A stretch of DNA of 57,533 nt from Candidatus Sediminicultor quartus (GTDB taxonomy: Bacteria > Atribacterota > Phoenicimicrobiia > Phoenicimicrobiales > Phoenicimicrobiaceae): NCBI GenBank assembly GCA_011056645.1, contig DSEL01000186.1, positions 1-57,533 on the forward strand, read 5' to 3'. Position numbers and translations under genes: made by a program. The notes below the pieces were generated by a model. That model ran no database searches. It saw only the letters and a list, made by a program, of their open reading frames with translations, and was not told the origin of the DNA. This document shows, piece by piece, positions 50,006-57,533 of the stretch (its first letter is position 1; every line of letters begins with the position of its first letter).

Positions 50006-50306
50006 GTTCGATACTTTCTTTGAACGATTTGCTTTTTTCCAAAGTGTTTGTTAAATTTATAATGATGGTAAAATAAAAAAAAGAATAAGATCAAGAATAA
50101 GACGAACAATTCTTTACAAGATAATTAGGAAAATAATATAATTAAAAATCAAGAGAAAGCAGATTATTATTCGATATTCAATAATGGCAACAAATAATTC
50201 GAGTGTAGGAGGTGAGGTGGGTAATCCTGAATATAGGTTAAAGTAAGCAGTGAAAGTTGTAAAAATTAAAATGGCTGTTTCAACAGCCCAAAAAGGAGGT
50301 TACAAA

Positions 50307-51485
50307 ATGTCTGTTCAACGAATTAAAATCATGTTAATAGCTCTGTTACTGATAACAGTCATCTTCAGCTTTGCTTCATTTGTTATAGCTAAAGAGTACG
50401 TTCCCGGTACACCACTTAAGGTGGGATTCATCTATGTCGGACCTATTGGCGACTTGGGTTGGAGTAATGCACACGATGAAGCACGGAGAATCTGCGAGGA
50501 TACTTTCCCCTGGTTGGAGACGGTCTATGTAGAGAGTGTTGCTGAGGGAAGCGAGGGGCTTTATATTGACAAGCTAATTGTGGAAGAGGGTTGTGATGTG
50601 GTATTAACTACCAGTTTCGGCTTTATGGATGGGACACTTATTGCAGCCCAGAAATACCCGGATAAGATCTTTGCCCATTGCTCAGGTTTTAAACGTAATC
50701 CAAATCTAATGACCTACATGGCTGATTTTTACCAGATCTACTACCTGAATGGATTGATCGCCGGAGCGCTCACCAAAACTAATAAGACTGCCTATGCAGG
50801 TGCTTTCCCCATTCCCGAAGTAAAACGTCATATGGATGCTTTCGCTGTGGGTGTAAGGGAGACCAATCCGGAGGCTGAGTTGCATGTACGATGGATATAT
50901 GAGTGGTTCAGTCCCACAGCGGCCAAGGAGGCAGCCGAAGCCTTGCTCGCCGAGGGATGTGATGTATTTGCCTTTACTGAAGACTCGCCGACGGTCGTAC
51001 AGGTCGCTGCAGAAAGTGGTTTTCCATCCTTTGGACATTACTCACCGATGTACAAATTCAGTCCCGAATATGTCGTTTCCGGACAGATTGCCCACTGGGA
51101 AGCGATCTACCTTGATTTTCTTGCTAAAGTCTATGCCGGTGTCTATACAGCACATAACCTTACTAATGTAGACTACTGGTGGTTACTAAAGGAAAAGGCA
51201 GTAGAAATAGGAGCCGAGCCAGGTATGTTGATAAATCCCGCCTACGAGGATAAATTAAAAGGGAAATATGTAGATGATCCCGTCCTGGGAAAGATTAGCG
51301 TTTATGATCTGGTGATGAAGAGGTTGGAGCAGATGGCCGATCCATCGATGGTATTCGATCCGTTCAATGGTCCCATCTACGATCGTGACGGGAATCTGAA
51401 AGTTCCCGAGGGCTTACGAATGTCTGTATTTGAACTGACTACTATGGATTGGGCGGCGGATGGTATCGTCGGACCCTGGGAATAA
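50307..51485 (+). CDS. BMP-family ABC substrate-binding protein (purine/nucleoside)
   Basis: YVGPIGDLGWS, TSFGFMD, AFPIPEV and GHYSP motifs. ATG at 50307 after AAAAGGAGG. Confidence 0.9.
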   Translation: MSVQRIKIMLIALLLITVIFSFASFVIAKEYVPGTPLKVGFIYVGPIGDLGWSNAHDEARRICEDTFPWLETVYVESVAEGSEGLYIDKLIVEEGCDVVLTTSFGFMDGTLIAAQKYPDKIFAHCSGFKRNPNLMTYMADFYQIYYLNGLIAGALTKTNKTAYAGAFPIPEVKRHMDAFAVGVRETNPEAELHVRWIYEWFSPTAAKEAAEALLAEGCDVFAFTEDSPTVVQVAAESGFPSFGHYSPMYKFSPEYVVSGQIAHWEAIYLDFLAKVYAGVYTAHNLTNVDYWWLLKEKAVEIGAEPGMLINPAYEDKLKGKYVDDPVLGKISVYDLVMKRLEQMADPSMVFDPFNGPIYDRDGNLKVPEGLRMSVFELTTMDWAADGIVGPWE

Positions 51486-51524
51486 GAGAAGCTAAGCTAA
51501 ACTTGGGCGGCACCCTCCACTAAA

Positions 51525-51593
51525 AAAAATAGGGACACATCCCATTTTTCTCTATCTATAAAGAAGAGAAAAATGGGATGTGTCCCTATTTTT
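51525..51593. repeat. REP doublet, GGGACACATCCC family
   Basis: Perfect 29-bp arms AAAAATAGGGACACATCCCATTTTTCTCT with an 11-nt loop. Confidence 0.9.
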
Positions 51594-51599
51594 AATTTC

Positions 51600-51902
51600 T
51601 TAACAGGTGGAAACTGGTCCACTATAAGGATAGACTAAAAATCCTCTCTGTAGAAAAAAATTAGAATAGTCGATCTTGAATCCTTTATATTGATTTATTA
51701 AGTTTTTATCTGCTACAAAGTCAATGCTGTCTTCTGAGTAGGTTTCGTCATTTTCTTTCTGCTCATCCAGAGCAAGATTAAATTTTGGACCTCCTCAACC
51801 TATTCCTGTTAAAAATATTCTTATTACTTTAGTAGATTTATTTTTTTCTGCCAAAACTTTTTTTATTTCATCTAAAGCCTTGTGGGTAACTTTTATATTC
51901 AT
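51600..51902 (-). CDS. HesB/IscA-like selenoprotein (Sec36), absent from the ORF track
   Basis: Hand translation: MNIKVTHKALDEIKKVLAEKNKSTKVIRIFLTGIG-U-GGPKFNLALDEQKENDETYSEDSIDFVADKNLINQYKGFKIDYSNFFLQRGFLVYPYSGPVSTC (100 aa). GAAAGGA RBS; TGA at 51795-51797 in the GxGUGGP motif; SECIS-like hairpin downstream. Confidence 0.88.
51758..51777 (-). promoter_or_regulatory. Candidate bacterial SECIS element of the HesB-like gene
   Basis: UC(U)UGCUC-UGGAU-GAGCAGA: 7-bp stem with a bulged U and G in the loop, loop starting 25 nt after the UGA. Confidence 0.6.
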
Positions 51903-51992
51903 TTCTTTCCTTTCTAAATATTTAAAATATTTATATAATTTTATAAGCGAATATGATAATACTATATATGAGTATATTTGTCAACATTAAAA

Positions 51993-52052
51993 TAAAATAG
52001 GGACACATCCCATTTTTCTTTTCTTAGAAAAATGGGATGTGTCCCTATTTTA
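51993..52052. repeat. REP doublet, GGGACACATCCC family
   Basis: Perfect 27-bp arms TAAAATAGGGACACATCCCATTTTTCT with a 6-nt loop. Confidence 0.9.
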
Positions 52053-52099
52053 GTGTTCTTCATTTTTCACCAGTAAACTACTGGTGGTATTTAACTCCC

Positions 52100-52741
52100 T
52101 CATCCACCACTTGAAGGTACTGTGACGGTTACTGTATCACTTTTCATTACACTATCTTCGGTATAATTTACGGTAATAGTTGCGGTGGTGGCCGAGCATG
52201 TTGATAAAACCGTAATTACTCCATTTGCGACCGTGATTTTAGAGTTATTTGATGTATACGTACAAGCAGTAAGTGCTATATTTGCTTCAGAACCATTATC
52301 ATAATAAGCGGTAATTGAAGTAATGGTTTTTGAGCTACCTGCATTTATTGATATGCTGGTCGGGAGTACTTCTATAGAAGAAAGCAAGGTTTCGCCCACA
52401 ATAATGGTAAATGATTGAGTGGTTGATTTATATTGATCAGATACTTCAATCTCGACCTCATTTTCACCAATTTGGTCTTCTGTTGGAGTCCAGCTGATTA
52501 CTCCGGTCGTAGAACTAATAGTCATGCCGGTAGGGTTAACAGTTAAGGAATAAGTTAAAGTATCTCCATTAGGATCAGTAGCTTCTACGTCATAAGTATA
52601 GGCAACTCCCTCTTTTGCAGTAGTTACCGGATCAGATTCAATAACTGGTGCGCTGTTGAAAAGAAAGCAGCCGGTAAATAAAAATGCCATTAAAAATACA
52701 CTTAAGCTGAGTAGTAATTTCTTATTTTTAATGATAATCAC
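52100..52741 (-). CDS. Lipoprotein with Ig-like/cadherin-like and Big_2-like domains
   Basis: Lipobox FTGC; YTYDVEATDPNGDTLTYSL...GMTISSTTGVISWTP motif; Thr/Ser-rich beta domains. True start may be the ATT at 52732. Confidence 0.8.
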   Translation of the reverse strand: MIIIKNKKLLLSLSVFLMAFLFTGCFLFNSAPVIESDPVTTAKEGVAYTYDVEATDPNGDTLTYSLTVNPTGMTISSTTGVISWTPTEDQIGENEVEIEVSDQYKSTTQSFTIIVGETLLSSIEVLPTSISINAGSSKTITSITAYYDNGSEANIALTACTYTSNNSKITVANGVITVLSTCSATTATITVNYTEDSVMKSDTVTVTVPSSGG

Positions 52742-52843
52742 CTCCTTTCTATGGCAAATATATCGTAGTTTTTTATAAAATTATTTATTGAAAATTATAT
52801 AAATAATATCACAATTAGTTAAACAGATAAAGATATTTTTTAT

Positions 52844-53887
52844 TTATTTTATTTTAATTTTTCTTCCTGAGAAAACATTTATGATTTTCCCGATAATTTG
52901 GCTGGAAGTAAATCCCTGTTGGAATAAAAGATTTTTTGCTTTTTTTGCCTGCTCGGGGCTTATAGACAACAATAATCCCCCTGAAGTTTGGGCATCATAA
53001 AGAATAATTTCTTGCTCCGGTAAAATATTAGATATTTTTTCTACAGAACAGGAATAAATTTCCCTGTTTTTTAACGTTCCTCCTGGAATCATTCCTGAGG
53101 AAATATATCTATCTAAGCTACTAATGAAAGGAATATCATTAATCCATAATTCAGCTCCTAAATTATTTTTCCTGAGCATTTCACTTAAATGGCCGATTAA
53201 ACCAAAACCGGTGATATCAGTTAAACTGTGGATAGGTGATTTTAATAATTCTTCAGAAAGGCGATTTAATTTAGTCATCCAGAAAATTGCTTCCTTTAGG
53301 GCTGAGGAATTTGGTTCGGCCATACCACCTTTAAGGGCAGTAGATAAGATTCCTGTTCCCAGAGGCTTAGTTAATATTAGTAAATCCCCTTCCCGGGCAG
53401 TATCATTATAAATGATATTCTGTGGATGAATTAATCCCACTACAGCTAATCCATACTTTGGTTCTTTGTCTTTTATAGTATGTCCCCCGGATAGAATTGC
53501 ACCTGCTTCTGCTACTTTTTCTGCTCCCCCTTTTAGAATAAGCTCTAAATCATCTAATCTATCTTCGGGAAAGGCAACTATATTTAAAGCCATAAGAGGG
53601 TTTCCTCCCATGGCAAAAATATCACTTAGGGCATTAACGGCCGCGATTTGTCCAAAAGTATAAGGATCATCGACTATTGGCGTAATGACATCCAGGGTAA
53701 AAATTAGAGCTTGGTTTTCATGTAATCGATACACCGCTGCATCTTCATATTTTTCGAATCCCGCTAATAGATTAATATCTTTTTTAACATTAATTGTTTT
53801 TAAGATCTCACCGAGATCTTTAGGATTTAATTTGGCTGCTCATCCGGCAGCAGAAACCATTTGGGTTAGTTTCCTTTTATCTGTCAA
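52844..53887 (-). CDS. selD: Selenide, water dikinase (selenophosphate synthetase), Sec-containing
   Basis: The ORF-track fragment (52844-53734) extends in frame through TGA 53840-53842 to TTG 53887 behind AAGGAG, giving MTDKRKLTQMVSAAG-U-AAKL... (347 aa). Motifs DAAVY, NALSDIFAMGG, GGHT, LTKPLGTG, DITGFG and DAQTSGGLL. Confidence 0.93.
53802..53820 (-). promoter_or_regulatory. Candidate SECIS element of selD
   Basis: AAGAUCUC-GGU-GAGAUCUU, a perfect 8-bp stem with a G-first loop 27 nt after the UGA. Confidence 0.6.
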
Positions 53888-53917
53888 ATCTTTTTTGTCT
53901 CCTTTTTGATAGTTAAA

Positions 53918-55801
53918 TTAGCTGAGTTTAGTTTTTAATATTCTCACATTTTCTTTACGTTGGGTAATTTTTTCCTCATCCATTTTATTAAGCAAAGGGA
54001 TAATATATTTTCGACTAATCCCCAACAGTTCCCGAACCTTTGCAATCGAGATAGAGCCATTTATCTTTAAAAAACTTATTAATTTATTTTTCATAATATC
54101 ATAATTTTCCTTTTCAAGTAAAATGCCATCGGTTAACTTGATAATTTTTCCTTCTTGAATTAAAAAATCTATTATTTCCTTGCTTCCTGAAATTTGGGTA
54201 ATAAGTGTTTTTTGGTCAGGGGGATTGGTGGGATTATCTTTCAGGATTTTTAATATTTTAAAAATTAATATTTCTTGCTGTGAAGAAATTTTAGGTTTAC
54301 GCTCGAGTAAAAACATTTTTCCTTTTTCTAAACCTATTTTCTCTGCATTGATCAGAACATCTAATAACCACTTAAATATTTCCGGTTTTAAATAATGAAA
54401 ATAACTTTGGAATTTATTGGTAGGGAAACCGTTTTGTAAAGGATAAAGTTTGTATTCCTGATTTAATCTCTCCATAAATATTTTTATCTGTTTTTGCCAG
54501 TAGTTTTTTTCAATCAGCCAGAGAGAAGTAGCGATAATTTCACCTTGTTTTTTTAGAGATTCAACACCTTCCCTGATTTCTGAGTCAGCAAAACCACTAT
54601 TAACTAATAGATCATCCTTTTTAATAAAAAGATTCTTTTTTAATTCAGTTAAAATTAATTCTCTCAATTCCAATTTTATTCTTTTTTGTAAGAGATTAAG
54701 GATGTTTTTGTCTTTAAAATGATGCTTGTAGGCTAAAGGGTCGACAATCCATCCCCCGCCAATGGTTTTGGGTGGACTAGGTATTCTTAAAATAAAGCGG
54801 TCTCCCAAATAAGTTGACAGCGGTTCCTTAAAACGAAGCTGAGCGAACCCTTTTTCGCCGGGTTTTAGGTCTTCAGTTTGGTTGAGAATTATTTTTGCCG
54901 GTATTTCTTTCGTTCCAGTAAAAAAAGCTACTTCTGACCGATTTTTTAAGGAATATTTTTTCAGCTGGGGGAGGATCTGTAGATAGATATCTATATTCTT
55001 GCTGGCTTTAATCTCTTTACTTCCGAAGATAATATCTCCTCGGTGAAGCTCCTCTTTTTCTATTCCTGCTAAATTAAGGGCTGTTCTGTTTCCGGGAAAG
55101 ACTTTTTCTGTTTTTTCTTTATAATTCTGTAAATTTCTAATTCGGGCTTTTTTATGGGATGGAAAAATAGTTACTTCCATCCCCTTTTGGAGAGTTCCTC
55201 CTGCTAAAGTACCGGTGACCACTGTGCCGCTTCCTTTAATATTAAAGACTCGGTCTATAGATAGTCTCGGTTTTCCCACATCTCTTTTTGGTTTCATCTG
55301 GGGGATTAAATCTTTGATTGCTGATTTTATCTGATCAATTCCTATATTTTTCACTATGCTTACTTTTATGATAGGCGCGTTTGAGAGAACAGTGTCTTTT
55401 AATCTCTCTTTAATCTGTTTTTCCACTAAATTCACTCTGGCTTGCTCTACCAGATCGATTTTAGTTAGGGCGATGATACCGTATTTTATATTAAGGAACT
55501 CTATAATTTGAAGATGTTCTTCGGTCTGGGGCATCCAACCTTCATTGGCATCAACCACTAAAATGACTGCATCAATTCCGGTTGCGCCGGCGATCATATT
55601 TTTTATCAGGTTTTCATGCCCAGGCACATCGACTATTCCTACCTTTTCTCCGGAAAGAAGTTTCATCCAGGCAAACCCCAAATCTATGGTCATACCTCTT
55701 TCTTTTTCTTCGGGTAGACGATCTGTATCTATGGAAGTTAGCGCATAGATTAAAGCGGTTTTGCCATGGTCAATATGGCCTGCTGTACCAAAAACAAACA
55801 T
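53918..55801 (-). CDS. selB: Selenocysteine-specific elongation factor
   Basis: [30 protein letters not shown], and a C-terminal winged helix (SRKYIIPLL). Confidence 0.96.
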   Translation of the reverse strand: MFVFGTAGHIDHGKTALIYALTSIDTDRLPEEKERGMTIDLGFAWMKLLSGEKVGIVDVPGHENLIKNMIAGATGIDAVILVVDANEGWMPQTEEHLQIIEFLNIKYGIIALTKIDLVEQARVNLVEKQIKERLKDTVLSNAPIIKVSIVKNIGIDQIKSAIKDLIPQMKPKRDVGKPRLSIDRVFNIKGSGTVVTGTLAGGTLQKGMEVTIFPSHKKARIRNLQNYKEKTEKVFPGNRTALNLAGIEKEELHRGDIIFGSKEIKASKNIDIYLQILPQLKKYSLKNRSEVAFFTGTKEIPAKIILNQTEDLKPGEKGFAQLRFKEPLSTYLGDRFILRIPSPPKTIGGGWIVDPLAYKHHFKDKNILNLLQKRIKLELRELILTELKKNLFIKKDDLLVNSGFADSEIREGVESLKKQGEIIATSLWLIEKNYWQKQIKIFMERLNQEYKLYPLQNGFPTNKFQSYFHYLKPEIFKWLLDVLINAEKIGLEKGKMFLLERKPKISSQQEILIFKILKILKDNPTNPPDQKTLITQISGSKEIIDFLIQEGKIIKLTDGILLEKENYDIMKNKLISFLKINGSISIAKVRELLGISRKYIIPLLNKMDEEKITQRKENVRILKTKLS

Positions 55802-55813
55802 AGAAACCTCTTT

Positions 55814-57223
55814 TTATTGTAGTTTAGAATAGGTTGATTTAATTATATTTATCACTAACTTGTCTAAAGATGGGTCAATGCAGCGGGGATCTAAAATAAA
55901 AAATTCTTTTTCTTTTCTTCCTACCAAAGGAGGTCGATAGGAGTGTAATGCTTGGGAGAAAATTTTCGCCGGACAGGGAGGTTTTATAACAACTAATTCG
56001 GTTGGTAGGCTTTGTCCGGGTAAGGAACCTCCGCCAATAGCAGTCTCTCCTTTTTTGTTAAATGTGGGGATATTTTCTTCTTTCAGCTTTTGGCTGATAT
56101 TCTGACTGCGAGCAGTAATTTTTTCTAAGGGACAGGAAATCATTTTCCAGATGGGAATTTCGTTTACTGCTTCACCTCTTAGATAGGATAATAAAATTTC
56201 CTGAAGAATGGTTAAGGTGATTTTATCCACTCTTAATGTTCGGAATAAAGGGTGCTGAGAAATTTTATTCAGGTAAATCTCTTTTCCGCAAATAACTCCT
56301 CCCTGAGGACCTCCTAAAAGTTTATCTGTGCTAAAACAGACAATATCAGCGCCGTTTCTGATACTTTCTTGAACAGTTGGTTCGTGTTTCAATCCAAAAT
56401 TCTCGGTATTTAAAAATGTTCCACTGCCCAAATCTATTACTACCGGTAATTTATATTTTTTTCCTAATTTTTTAAGTTCATTGATTTCTGTTTGATGAAC
56501 AAAACCGTTTATCTGAAAATTACTTTGATGAACTTTTAATAGCATAGCAGTATTATCATTGATTGCTTTTTCATAATCATCGATGAAAGTTTGGTTAGTA
56601 GTGCCCACTTCTCGAAGATAAGCCCCGCTTTGTTCTAATATCTCGGGAATGCGGAATCCTCCTCCGATTTGAACCAACTCTCCTCTGGAGACGATAACTT
56701 CTTTATTTTTTGCCAGGGCGTGTAATATTAAGAATATCGCCCCAGCATTATTATTTACTACCAAGCTATTTTCTGTGTTGCTGAGGGTACTAAGTAATTT
56801 TCCTACAATTTCTCCTCTTTTCCCTCTTTCACCTTCAGCAAGATCATATTCCAAATTGCTATAGCCGCTTAAAGAGGCTTGAACTGTTAAAAGCATTTCT
56901 TTGCCAAGCGGTGCTCTCCCCAAATTAGTATGGAGAATGACCCCACTGCCGTTTATAACTTCTTGCAACATAGAAAGATTATCTTTTTCCAAATATCCTT
57001 TAATTTTATTTATCCTTTCTTTCGATGAATAGAGGCGGCTATTTTTACGGGCATTTTTTTTCTCTTCAGAGATAACTATTCTTACTATTTGGGTAAGCAC
57101 TTTTCGGGAATGTTTTTTTATTAAAGGTTTTAGCGCTTTATTTTGTAAAATGATTTCTACACTGGGAATATTTGATAGCAATAAATTTATTTTATTATTG
57201 TTTAAATCCTTATTATTCTTCAA
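55814..57223 (-). CDS. selA: L-seryl-tRNA(Sec) selenium transferase
   Basis: INGSGVILHTNLGRAP, VNNNA, SRGELVQIGGGFRIP, EVGTTN and DKLLGGPQ (PLP Lys) motifs. Confidence 0.96.
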   Translation of the reverse strand: MKNNKDLNNNKINLLLSNIPSVEIILQNKALKPLIKKHSRKVLTQIVRIVISEEKKNARKNSRLYSSKERINKIKGYLEKDNLSMLQEVINGSGVILHTNLGRAPLGKEMLLTVQASLSGYSNLEYDLAEGERGKRGEIVGKLLSTLSNTENSLVVNNNAGAIFLILHALAKNKEVIVSRGELVQIGGGFRIPEILEQSGAYLREVGTTNQTFIDDYEKAINDNTAMLLKVHQSNFQINGFVHQTEINELKKLGKKYKLPVVIDLGSGTFLNTENFGLKHEPTVQESIRNGADIVCFSTDKLLGGPQGGVICGKEIYLNKISQHPLFRTLRVDKITLTILQEILLSYLRGEAVNEIPIWKMISCPLEKITARSQNISQKLKEENIPTFNKKGETAIGGGSLPGQSLPTELVVIKPPCPAKIFSQALHSYRPPLVGRKEKEFFILDPRCIDPSLDKLVINIIKSTYSKLQ

Positions 57224-57309
57224 TTAGTAAAATTTCTCCTTTACTGATCTTTTTAAAACAAAGATAATAATGAAAGTTAGAAGAAAAAAATATCGAAGTG
57301 AAAAATTAA

Positions 57310-57408
57310 TGGCGGGAGGGGTAGGAATCGAACCCACCGCAGCAATTAAAAATAATTACCGCCCACGGATTTGAAGTCCGCAAGGCCCACCAGAGCCTAT
57401 CCGCTCCC
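57310..57408 (-). tRNA. selC: tRNA-Sec (UCA anticodon), 99 nt, CCA encoded
   Basis: 6-bp D stem with 4-nt loop, CTTCAAA anticodon loop, 10-bp variable stem, TTCGATT T loop, G73-CCA. Directly upstream of selA. Confidence 0.95.
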
Positions 57409-57533
57409 CTATTGTTTAACTTTTTTAGTTTTTTTCTATTTTAATTATAAATTGTATCGCAAGACTTTACAAGGGGAGATATTAAAGTATCAAGCATATA
57501 GTATCTATTGTCGAGTTAAGAAAGAGAAGAAAA

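Noticed and set aside
51525-52052. Repeated GGGACACATCCC units as a CRISPR array or IS ends
   Set aside because: They are inverted doublets rather than regularly spaced direct repeats. There are no cas genes, and no transposase lies between them.
53685-53909. 74-aa plus-strand ORF upstream of the truncated selD
   Set aside because: It is the shadow of the true Sec-containing SelD N-terminus on the minus strand.
777-55803. The many 60-120 aa ORFs antisense to or nested within long genes
   Set aside because: They lie fully inside well-supported CDSs, lack RBSs and family motifs, and are the expected shadow ORFs.

Overview
AT-rich bacterial chromosomal window, densely coding, from what looks like an anaerobic fermenter. 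The gene style is reminiscent of Atribacterota, but that is inference only. Contents in order: (1) 0.1-9.0 kb, a TRAP transporter plus LarA-family racemase, an active-site-divergent enolase paralog, a MOFRL glycerate-2-kinase-family enzyme, GntR and a D-2-hydroxyacid dehydrogenase, probably an undescribed hydroxy-acid/sugar-acid catabolic operon; (2) 9.2-16.6 kb, ABC-F, a HI0933 flavoprotein and sbcDC; (3) 16.7-30.3 kb, galM, an AraR-type pentose locus and a second sugar ABC system; (4) 30.5-44.6 kb, a variant anaerobic purine-degradation cluster with a cyclic amidohydrolase, two carbamoyltransferases, two PLP enzymes, an M20 hydrolase, XDH-type Mo-hydroxylase subunits and two deaminases; (5) 44.7-46.2 kb, a candidate small RNA carrying an anti-Shine-Dalgarno, a 3D-domain protein and a membrane protein; (6) 46.5-51.5 kb, a nucleoside/purine ABC-BMP transporter; (7) 51.6-57.4 kb on the minus strand, selC-selA-selB-selD, an Ig-like lipoprotein and a HesB-like selenoprotein missing from the ORF track. 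Both selD and the HesB-like gene read through an in-frame UGA followed by a SECIS-like hairpin, and the tRNA-Sec has a non-canonical 12-bp acceptor/T branch. Three families of REP-like palindromes are scattered through the window. I saw no CRISPR array, rRNA or transposase. All product calls come from motif recognition by eye; no database search was run.
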